DNA from: Daphnia carinata
Taxonomy: Eukaryota
Length of the DNA: 64,000 nucleotides
Assembly (NCBI RefSeq): GCF_022539665.2
Contig: NC_081333.1
Location: forward strand, 8,184,001-8,248,000
Direction: 5' to 3'
The notes under the pieces were generated by a model that did no database searches, was not told the DNA's origin, and saw only the letters and a list, made by a program, of their open reading frames with translations. Made by a program: the position numbers and the translations under genes. This document shows, piece by piece, positions 15,301 to 26,492 of this stretch. Positions within the stretch are counted from its first letter, which is position 1. Each line of letters starts with the position of its first letter.

Positions 15301-18300
15301 TCCAAAGACCAAGGACTCTTGGTCTGTTTGCGTCCTATGTCGACCTACAAAAATCAAATTTCATTTTAAGCATCTTCCAATGTTGTAAGCTCATTAAATT
15401 GATTTCATTTGACTGTCACGGTAAATTCCAGTTTGGTGTAAACGAGTTCGCCCCTTGTTATTGACGGGAAAGAAAGCAAAACATGTTTGTCGGCACGTTA
15501 ATAGTTTTCAATACATTAAAGAATTTCTTTTTTTTATCCCCCCCCCCCCACGCTTGATCCATCGCTGTTTTCTATTTATGCGCATACCAAAGCCAAAAAA
15601 AGAAGGCGAAGAATTTTAAAGCAGGATATTACACACGTAGGCCTTTTGGCTTTAAAGCTTTTCGTTCGGTAATTGATTGGAGAATTTATCGACGCCACGG
15701 AAGTCGACGGCAATGACAGGTGAGATTAATTACAGACGCTCCTAGAAAGACGGAAAAGGGGGAAGCGTCTGATGATAATGAAGCGCTCATCATGTTAGCG
15801 GTACAACCGACGCTGGTGTGGGGTGGGGGGGGGGGACAAGAAAGGCGATTACGTGTATAGGAATCGTATCGCACATATCGATCTGTTTTGCAAAGTCGAA
15901 AAGGTATGAGGAAATTGTTGTTCTCATCGGACACAAATCCCACCAAAGTAAAATGACTGGATTCGATGACGGACGGAAATCGCATTGGAATGGCCAAAGT
16001 GAAACTCTGATCCGAGTGGCAAGTTTCGAAACCTTATATCCAACACGATACGCCACATGTTCTGCGTGTGTGGGAACCAAGAGGATAGCAGATCCCAGGT
16101 GTGTACTGTACACATGTGTACAGTACACGTATGCCGAACAGGAAAAAGGGGCAACTTACAAACGAAGTAGGGGAGAAAAAAAGAAGAAGAAGAAGGTTCT
16201 AAATTGAGAGTCTCGCTCCCAAGGGCAGCGTCACTCGTCAATAAGCGCCGATCGAGCAAGTCTTGAGGGGTGTGTGCATCATGTTCTATGCCCGTGTTCC
16301 TCCCCACTTTTTTTTCTCTTCTGGCACTCGTTTGCAACATCAGGCCTTCTCTTCCCGCTTATCCAGGCCCTCCGTCTCTGATGTACACCATTGATCGACC
16401 GCGTTTCCTACTCTTGACGAGAAATCGTCAGCAGTTTGTTTGTAATTTCCCACCTTTTTGAAAGTTTTTTCTCTCTGCCTTACGGCGCGTTCAAACAAAC
16501 GCTAAGAGTAATAGAGGCAACTGTACAACAACATTCGATCAAATTGCAAAGAAGGAAAACGGGAAAATGGAATTGACGTGTACTGTGTACTGAATCAACA
16601 GTAAAAAGACAAATTCTAGTGGTAAAGAGAAACGCACAGAAGAAGGTAACGTCACTACAACTTTCAATCGATAAGGCTTCAATTCTTTAAAAAAAAAAAA
16701 CAACAAGAGAAAAGTGTGGAAGACCGAAGGAAAAAAAGACGAAACGTACGTATTGGAACAAATCGGAGCGCGGATCATTCCGGCGTGCCGACTTTGATCG
16801 ATCTACGTGGGGTTTATCGTTTACCTTTCAGGCGGAAGTAGGCGGATTTCCAGAGGCCTCTTTTTTTTTTTTTGCTCTCTTAGTACATGGATTTATTTAA
16901 TTTTATCGATTTCTTTCCTTTCTTGTCGGCGAAACCTCCCTCCTCCTTTTTTGTTGAAGTCAGTAAGCGAGTTTTGAAGAAAACAAATGAAACATTTTTT
17001 TTAAAATCTAAACTTAAAGTAAAAGGCGGAAGTTGAAGATTTTGATGATAAATGCAGCGTATCAGTTTAGTGATTGGCCAATACCAGAGGCTTTTGAGCA
17101 ATTAGGAATAACCCTCGAACTGCCGTTGAAAGGAGATGCGCACAGAGTAAAAAGCGGTTGAAATACCCCCCCCCCCCCTCTTCGATAAGCCAATTGGGGA
17201 TTTATCGAATTATATTTTCCTGTAACATGTACATAGTTTTGTTGGTATTTTAAAATGTACATTAACGAGCCTGTGGTTCGAGTGAACAATAAACACAGCA
17301 TGGATGAATTATATGTTTAAAATGCGCCATAGTGTTCGCTTGTTTCGACTGTAGCCAGCAAACAAGCCCATTACACGAGTCCTTGTGTTTGAAAACGTGG
17401 AAACACGATAGCCAATTTAAGAAAAAGAAAACAATTGGCTACTATACAAACTAAATTAGACTATTGTAGTTTCAAACGCGCAGTTTGGCTGTGTGAAACA
17501 ATTTCTCACTAATATCCCCGTGTCGTTTCTACTCTAAATTACATCCGAAAAAAGTATGGTCATACTTTAATGTTCACGGTGATTGCAGGTGGTATAAATA
17601 TAAGCTTAATTAAAGTTTGAATTCTTTAGACAACCTGTAAAATATTCGTTTCTCCCCTCTAAGTACTGCTGATGACTTGGGTTCACTTGCTATGTGATGC
17701 CCGATGTGCTGACTTTGAATACACACACATCGTCACATACACACACTCTCTCTGCCAACGCGTTCCCTTTTGTTTGATTTGGTGTCAAATAACCAGACCG
17801 TCCTTGATCCAAATTTATGATTCGTTTATTCTTTTCGCTCCATTTCGTGCCATCACACGGAGGAAAGGCGAAGCAAAACAAACAAAACCCCCCCAAAAAA
17901 TCCCTACGAATAATTGGATGTTATCTAGACAACCAGCTGTACGAATGGCGGGTCCCGAAAAAAGAAAAAAAACAGTGAAAAACATTACCGTTCACATTTC
18001 GGGCAATCTAAGTGCCCACCGCACACAAGCCCAGTGCTAAGAAAATGGTGGCGTGGGTTTGTGGGACTTTGACCGAAAACGTGTTGGCGGTACACACGAA
18101 GGGAGGGCGGTGGGGAAAGGAGGGCGGTAAAGGGCGGATTAAGTTCGTTCGTTCTGTCGGTCTGCAAAAGTCAGCCTTGAGCGCGCGGTAACAACCGAAA
18201 CTCTATAGGACCAGCGGCTTGCAGCATGACACTATTGAACGAGGCTTATAATGCGCAAAGCGTATAGTGGAGCAGAGTCGTCGTTCGTGTGGCGGTGCGC

Positions 18301-18872
18301 GACCGTAGACGAAGGGGGGATCCCGAGATAAGTCGATCCTGATTGGTGCCAAGGTAGAGATAATGACTAAGCTCGCACGACGATGGAACGCAACCCACCC
18401 TTCATTGTCTTCTTTCTCCTCTCTGCTCGTCCTTCTTCTCCTTCTTCTTCTTCCCTTTTTTTTTTGTTTTTTCCCTTCTTTTCTCAGACATGTAATACAA
18501 CCGGCCAGAAAGAAGAAGGGAAATCTTTATAGTCGCTCAAGATGGCGCCCGTGTACGGAGGAGAAGCACAGACATATATATGTGTTTTCTTTTTGACCGC
18601 TTTGTTTTTTTTTTCCTTTCTTTCTGCTGTCCTATTTCTTTTGTTCTTTTTCTCCTGTCTTTGCAACTTGCACAGGATATATCTATGGCCCAGTCTGTTG
18701 TTTCCTGTTCCCTTCATTCCATTACTGTTGGCTCCGCCCCAGCACAGGAGCAATACGCCAAAGCAGAGCGGCATAACAGATACGCAACGAATGGATATAA
18801 AAGAAAAAAAAACCTGTCCGATTGAATGAGGAAAACGCGTCTCACCAGCAGCCAGCCTACTATATAAGGAAC

Positions 18873-18873
<1 letters not shown>

Positions 18874-18905
<32 letters not shown>
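18874..18905. repeat. (AC)16 microsatellite
   Basis: Direct reading. Confidence 0.9.
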
Positions 18906-18906
<1 letters not shown>

Positions 18907-19921
18907 AAAACTATATACAATCCGGCAGCTGATTGCAATTCCAGTCGTGTCCCGCTCACGGCATTCTCTCTCCAGGCTATATGTACTATAAAGCATACAT
19001 GTATCTAGCAGGGGATATATACCTATGCCAGTCCCTGATGGTCTTGCCGGATCGTTAATGTTGATGATTATTCTTTTTTGTTTTGTTGTTTTTCCCCTCT
19101 TTTGTTGCAGCTGTTGGCCGCATGTGTACGCTGGGCGATTTGACACCTTTTTCTTGTTGTTTTTTTCTTAGTTATAGTTTTCTCTTTTCCGGCTTGGGTA
19201 CGCATTGCACGGTCCAATTGAATCACAGCCGAATTCAATCTGTTTTTCTCGCTACGGACCACCGGCTTCTGCCCTGTCTACTGTTGACCGATGATTCACG
19301 AAAGGGACGCAGCTCATGCGGTAGACCATTTAAGAACCGAAAATCGTTCGGACGGCCATTTTTTCCAATCAAAGTAGACGATGAGTTTTCCCGCAGTTGA
19401 CATAGACAGAGCGAAAGAAAAGAAAAAAAAAATATACTCATGTACACACAAAAGGAGAACGAGAAGGGCAGGATAACTGCTGACGTTTGAAGGAGGAGGC
19501 TGGTGTCGTGGCTTACTCATCAAGTTCCCCTTGCACAAAAACCACCGCGCCTTCAAGTGACGGTGTCTTATCGAAGACCGACACGCATTCCTAAACGAGG
19601 AACAGGCGCCCCATTATATTGGAGGTTTTTTTTTACTCCCTCTGTGGCATCAGGAGAGTCCCAGCCGCTCCTTGTTCTCTCTACTCATTATTTTCAGGAT
19701 TTTTTTTCCTCCCTTTTTTTTGTCTCCCTTTTATCTTGGTTTTTACATGACGGCATCATCTACCTCCTTGTCGGCAATGCCAGTAAGCCCAACTCACAAA
19801 TCGTAAAATTATTTGAAATTGAATTCTTTTTTTTTTTTTTTTTTTGACCGTGCTCTGTGACTCGACCGTGCATGTGTGTAGTGATTGTTTGGAAGAATAT
19901 TGGTTTTTAGTAGGGCCTTAC

Positions 19922-19941
19922 TGAACTTTGAACTTTGACCT
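19922..19941 (-). promoter_or_regulatory. Three tandem nuclear-receptor half-sites with DR1 spacing
   Basis: Minus strand reads AGGTCA-A-AGTTCA-A-AGTTCA. Confidence 0.35.
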
Positions 19942-22900
19942 AAAACGTTCGCACCGCATCAACTTGTATAGCTCCTCCTTATTCACTGTCAGTGTCTTTT
20001 TCTTTCCCTATATAGCCGAACTATTGCCAGCGTTCTTGTCCTCCGCCACCTCCTGGTCCGAGCTGATAGTGGGCGCTGGGAAGCTGATATGTTAATGGGC
20101 GGCCCGATGATAAATATACACATCGATAGGATCTGGTATGCCTGTGTTGTGTATATATGTGTGTGCCTGTGCGTCTGACGAATATATACGTGTGGGTGGA
20201 TCAGAAGGATCCTGGAACAACAACACCAGCAGCTAGTGACGACGAAGAACGGGAGAAAAAATATTTGAAACTAAAAACAAAAAATAAAGCTGATTGCCAG
20301 ACCGTAGACGATAAGAGACGAGTTCGTCCTGTCTCCTTTTTTTTCCCCTCTCCAAGTTAATATCATATTAATTGTAACTGGAGCGCAGCCGCTTGGACGC
20401 ACATAAACAGAAACACAGACAGAGTCCTGTCTGTTTTGTTGGCAGTTGACGATGACGTCAGACTCTCTGAAAAGTCTATATCATTGGCGCTAGCTGCAAC
20501 CCTCAACGTGTTTTCTCCTCGCTCTTCATTTCTCTCTACATCTAATGTGTATCAAAACGCACACACTGTAGTGTTTAGGCGACTGACGGACCGATATCTC
20601 TCACAAGAGTGGAAACCAACATGAAATATATCCCCAAGTAAATAGGAAGAAAAATAAAAAATGAAAGGCTCCATGGTCGCATCGACTTGGCCTCTCTTGG
20701 ACCCACATGATTTACGGATGTCGACTACTTCGCCTTCCAATTCTATTTTTCATCAGCGGTAAGCACCGATTTCAGCGATTGCTGCTTTTCGCGTTGCTCC
20801 GAAAAGAAAAAGAAAATGTAAATTAAAAAAAGAAAAGTTCCAGAGACATTTAGAACAGAAACGTTTTTTTAATATGAAACAGCGCTCGAAAAAGAAAATA
20901 GCCAAGAGGTTTTTATTTTTCTTACTTTTATTTGGCATTTTTCTCGTCTCCCCCTTTTGGTGGTGCGATAAAGGGGAAACGAGCAGGTCAGCGAGACACA
21001 TAAACCAGAATGAAAGTGCGCCGTAAGTTTGCTGAGCTTCAAGATCACCAATACTCTTTTGCTGTGTGTAGGAGAGGGGTGGCTGTTGCTCTATATAATA
21101 ACAGCCGGGCGCGTCGAGTTAAAAGAGCTGAAGAAGAGGCGCGGGAGGGAGAAAGAGACGAAGGCACAGAACCGTTTATTGAAACCAGAGCTGGTCGTTG
21201 TAGTAGCCATTTAGAAATAAGAAGGAAAAAAAAAACCTGCAAGGCGATAAAAAAAAATAACATTGAAGGCCCAAAAAAGCAGAGCTCTGTGGCAGCCATA
21301 TTTCTTTTTCTCTGGAAAGAAGAGAAGAAAAATTTTATGATTATTTCAGGCCAACTGAGACTCGACGTTTTTCTTTTCCTAAGATATATATATACATGTA
21401 TGTTTGCCTCTTCTCTATTTTCTCCGTTTATTTTCATTTTCTTTTCCTATCCAACCTTCTTGTGGGAGTAAGCGTCTGTGAATAACCTCTGACCTGTCCA
21501 AAGGTTATGCTCAGGTCAATAGGTTTTTCTCTCTTATGTAGTCACGCTCTACTTTGGTCGATGTGGGCTGTATTGGAAAAAGAAGAAAAACACGGTGTGC
21601 TTGCCCGTCATCGTCGCCGCCCAGCAGCCGTGGGAGTTGTGTTACGCCTTGCTACTTTGCCATAAACATAAACTTTGCTTGTTATTCATACACGTTCGAC
21701 GTATAGACGCGTATAGTATGTACGTTTACGGTTTTTTTTGTCCATATTATTTATAAATTGTTTTTCTTCGTTCTCCAAAGTCGATCAGGTGTTGGATTTC
21801 AGTGAGTCATGGCTACTTATTTGGATAGGTGCCAGGGTGACGGCTCGCTGGTAAATAGGTTTATTTAAATTTTTGTTCCAGGCCTCCCTATCCCACCTTA
21901 CCCCGACGCCAACACTTTCAAATCACTTCAAAAGCTCCATTCAATTTGTTCTGAGAACATTTCAACATTTTACCATGTCACACATTCACCACACTTCACG
22001 GCTCCGGGACTTTTGTTTACGTCTCTCAAACTCGAGCTGGCGTGGCCACAAAAGCCCTTGGTGTTCATAATACTTCGCGACGTATGGCCCGTCGATCCCG
22101 TTGCCTTCATCCTTTTTATTGTTATTTTTTGCTTCGTTATTCAGCGAACGCATAAATCACACCGAGCTGTAGGTAGTCATTAGAATTCCAGATTTGAATT
22201 TCGGGTCGCTAAAGAATACCAATCACCATCTAGCGGTTACATCCTCAGACAATGAGAAGCTAGAATTGCATTATTCGGAATATAGCTGGATAATTTTCTG
22301 CCATAGTTTTATGAAATGAAAAAAAAAATATCATCCCTCGATAAAGGGGATATCATTATATCCAGATTATTGAATAGAGTAATGGGTAACAGTTTTTGAA
22401 ATATACCGAATATATGTGCTGCATCGCGCTAGCATTGAATCAAATATTCGGTGTATTTAAAAAACGATTGATCTAATGAATAAATATCTACTTTCCCGGA
22501 ACCAGCATTCAATTTAAAGTATATCCCATAGTCAACCAATCCGATACATGCCATTTTTTGCAGAAAAAAATTTAAAGCCCGACTAAATAATTAGCCCGAC
22601 CGTTCTTATTTTTTGTACGAATATTCGGTGTAATTCAAAAACGAGTAATTTGACAAGTAAACCAGTCGCTTTTTCTAAATCAGCGTTAAATTTTGATTAT
22701 ACTGTGTGATTTTCATCGAATCCACAGAGATGTCATTTTAGGCCGATTTTGACAAAAGTGGTAAGGCTATAGTCGGGCTAATTTAGTCGGGCTCATTTTT
22801 TTTTCTGCAAAAATGGACAGTCAACGGAATGGGTTGAATATTACAGGATATACCCAAAATTGAATGCTGATTCGGGGAAAGACGCTATTTTTTTCATTAA

Positions 22901-23472
22901 TTTAATTGTTTTTGAAATACACTGAATATTTGGCGCAATGCTAGCGCGCCAGTACACTACAGCGCTAGCGCGATCTAGCACAATTTTTCATTGACAAAGC
23001 GTTTGCGCTCAACTATTTTCTTTATGTTAACTTACCTATCTCCTAAACTTATGCATGAATAATGTTCGAAAATAATCAAAGAAGAAGAAAATAATATTTG
23101 TTTTAATCTAGAATACATAGTTTCTGTGTTATTCAAGTTAAAGTACTTTTGCTTTAAAGATAAAGCGCCATTGATTTCAATTAACTTACGAATAATGATA
23201 GCCTCTTTCCCGGAATGAGCATTTAATTTTTAGTATATCCTGTGATATTCAACCCATTCCGTTGTGTGTCCATTTTTGCAGAAAAAAAAAATAAGCCCGA
23301 CTAAATTAGCCCGACTTTCCTTATTTTTTCGTTTTTTACGTTTAATTAAAAAACCATGAGGCTAATTGAAAAACAAGTTTTATTTCCATGATAAGCATTC
23401 AATTCTGAATCGAAATCATGTATTTTAAGCAAAATCTAAAATTTAGCCAAAAATGAAAAAGTGCAAAGGCTA

Positions 23473-26400
23473 TAGCCTTACCACTTTTGTCAAAATCGGC
23501 CTAAAATGACATCTCTGTGAATTCGATGAAAATCACACAGTACAATCAAAATTTAACGCTGATTTAAAAAAAGCCACTGGTTTACTTGTCAAATTATTCG
23601 TTTTTGAATTACACCGAATATTCGTACAAAAAATAAGAACGGTCGGGATTACTATTTAGTCAGGCTTAAATTTTTTTTCTGCAAAACTGGCATTATTGGG
23701 ATTGCGAACATTACAAGATAGAATGAAAATTGAATGCTGATTCTGATAAATTGTTATTTTTTTCATTTAGTTAATTTTTTTTAAATACACTGAATAGTTT
23801 TGCTGAATCGCGCTAGCGCTATATCGTACTGGCGCGCTAGCATTGAGTCAAAAACTATGTAATTTAGATTAAAATAAATGCTATTTTCTTCATCCTTGAT
23901 TGATTCCAAACCTATTTCATGTATAATTTGTCATATTTAAGTTAATTTAAAGTAGATAAATAAAATCAAACGCGCTTTTTTTAAAGCCAGTCTACTTTAA
24001 CTTGAATAACTCAAAAACTATGTATTTTCGGTTCAAATAAATGTTATTTTCTTCATTCTTGATTGATTTGAAGCATAAATCATGCTTAATTTGCTATAGT
24101 TAAGGTATTTTAAAGAAGTTAATTGAAATCAAACGCGCTATTCTTTAAAGAAAAATGTACTTTAACTTGAATAACTCAAAAACTATGTAATTTAGATTAA
24201 AATAAATGTTATTTTCGTCATCCTTGATTGATTTCGAACATAATTCATGCATAATTTGCCATAATTAAGTTATTTTAAAGAACTTAATTGAAATCAAGCG
24301 CGCTATTCTTTAAAGAAAATTTACTTTAACTTGAATAACTCAAAAACTATATAATTTCGATTAAAATCAATGTTATTTACTTCTTCCTTGATTGATTTCG
24401 AACGTAACTCATGCATAATTTGCCATAGTTAAGTTATTTTAAAGAAGTTAATTGAAGTCGAACGCGCTATTCTTTAAAGAAAATCTACATTAACTTGAAT
24501 AACTCAAAAGCTATATAATTTAGATTAAAATAAATGTTATTTTCGTCATCCTTGATTGATTTCGAACATAACTCATGCGTAATTTGCCATAGTTAAGTTA
24601 TTTTTAAGAAGTTAATGGAAATCAAACGCGCTATTCTTTAAAGAAAATCTACTTTAACTTGAACAACTCAAAAACTATGTAATTTCGATTAAAATAAATG
24701 TTATTTTCGTCATCTTTGATTGATTTCAAACATAACTCATGCATAATTTTTCATAGTTAAGTTATTTTCAAGAAGTTAATTGAAGTCAAACGCGCTATTC
24801 TTTAAAGAAAATCTACATTAACTTGAATAACTCAAAAGCTATATAATTTAGATTAAAATAAATGTTATTTTCGTCATCCTTGATTGATTTCGAACATAAC
24901 TCATGCGTAATTTGCCATAGTTAAGCTATTTTTAAGAAGTTAATTGAAATCAAACGCGCTCTTCTTTAAAGAAAATCTACTTTAACTTGAATAACTCAAA
25001 AACTATATAATTTTGATTAAAATAAATGTTACTTTCGTCATCCTTGATTGATGTCGAACATAATTCATGCGTAATTTGCCATAATTAAGTTATTTTAAAG
25101 AAGTTAATTGAAATCAAACGCGCTGTTCTTTAAAGAAAATCTACTTTAACTTGAATAACTCAAAAACTATGTAATTTCGATTAAAATGAATGTTATTTCC
25201 TTCATCCTTGATTGATTTTGAACATAATTCATGCATAATTTGCCATAATTAAGTTATTTTAAAGAAGTTAATTGAAATCAAACGCGCTATTCTTTAAAGA
25301 AAATCTACATTAACTTGAATAACTCAAAAGCTATATAATTTAGATTAAAATAAATGTTATTTTCGTCATCCTTGATTGATTTCGAACGTAACTCATGCAT
25401 AATTTGCCATAGTTAAGTTATTTTAAAGAAGTTAATTGAAATCAAACGCGCTATTCTTTAAAGAAAATCTACATTAACTTGAATAACTCAAACGCTATAT
25501 AATTTAGATTAAAATAAATGTTATTTTCGTCATCCTTGATTGATTTCGAACATAACTCATGCGTAATTTGCCATAGTTAAGTTATTTTTAAGAAGTTAAT
25601 TGAAATCAAACGCGCTATTCTTTAAAGAAAATCTACTTTAACTTAAATAACTCAAAAACTATATAATTTTGATTAAAATAAATGTTACTTTCGTCATCCT
25701 TGATTGATGTCGAACATAATTCATGCGTAATTTGCCATAATTAAGTTATTTTAAAGAAGTTAATTGAAATCAAACGCGCTATTCTTTAAAGAAAATCTAC
25801 TTTAACTTGAATAACTAAAAAACTATGTATTTTCGGTTAAAATAAATGTTATTTTCGTCATCCTTGATTGATTTCGAACATAATTCATGCATAATTTGTC
25901 ATAGTTAAGTTATTTTAAAGAAGTTAATTGAAATCAATGGCGCTTTATCATTAATGCAAATGTACTTTATCTTGAATAACACAGAAACTATGTATTCTAG
26001 ATTAAAACAAATATTATGTTCTTCATCCTTGATTATTTTCGAACACAATTCATGCATAAGTTTGAGATAGGTAAGTTAATTTTTAGAAAATAGTTGAGCG
26101 CAAACGGTCTATTAATGAAAATTTGTGCTAGATCGCGCTAGCGATGCAGCGTACTGGCGCGCTAGCATTACGACAATTATTCAGTATATTTCAAAAACAA
26201 TTAACTTAATGGAAAAAATAGCCTCTTTCCCGGAATGAGCATTCAATTTTTAGTATATCCTGTGATATTCAACCCATTCCGTCATGTGTCCATTTTTGCA
26301 GAAAAAAAAAATAAGCCCGACTAAATTAGCCCGACTTTCCTTATTTTTTCGTTTTTTACGTTTAATTAAAAAACCATGAGGCTAATTGAAAAACAAGTTT

Positions 26401-26492
26401 TATTTCCATGATAAGCATTCAATTCTGAATCGAAATCATGTATTTTAAGCAAAATCTAAAATTTAGCCAAAAATGAAAAAGTGCAAAGGCTA
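23473..26492. mobile_element. Putative non-autonomous DNA transposon-like element, copy 1 (~3.02 kb; TAGCC...GGCTA ends, long imperfect inverted arms, internal 164-bp array)
   Basis: Starts TAGCCTTACCACTTTT and ends AAAAAGTGCAAAGGCTA (imperfect inverted termini). Internal arm motifs are also inverted: gtcgggattactatttagtcaggctt at 23642 vs aagcccgactaaattagcccgac at ~26313, and ttttctgcaaaa vs ttttgcagaaaa. No coding capacity. Confidence 0.6.
23853..26100 (+). repeat. 164-bp tandem array 1 (13 full monomers plus one diverged partial)
   Basis: The a(a/g/c)ctat motif recurs at 23853, 24016, 24181, 24345, 24509, 24673, 24837, 25001, 25165, 25329, 25493, 25657, 25821 and 25986, a period of 164 +/- 1. 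Confidence 0.95.

Noticed and set aside
15305..15325. Short hairpin AGACCAAG-gact-CTTGGTCT
   Set aside because: An 8-bp stem is expected by chance in 64 kb and has no supporting context.
1..22070. Many 60-220 aa ORFs
   Set aside because: They are dominated by poly-F/K and dinucleotide-repeat translations, often with non-ATG starts, and show no domains or consistent coding exon chain.
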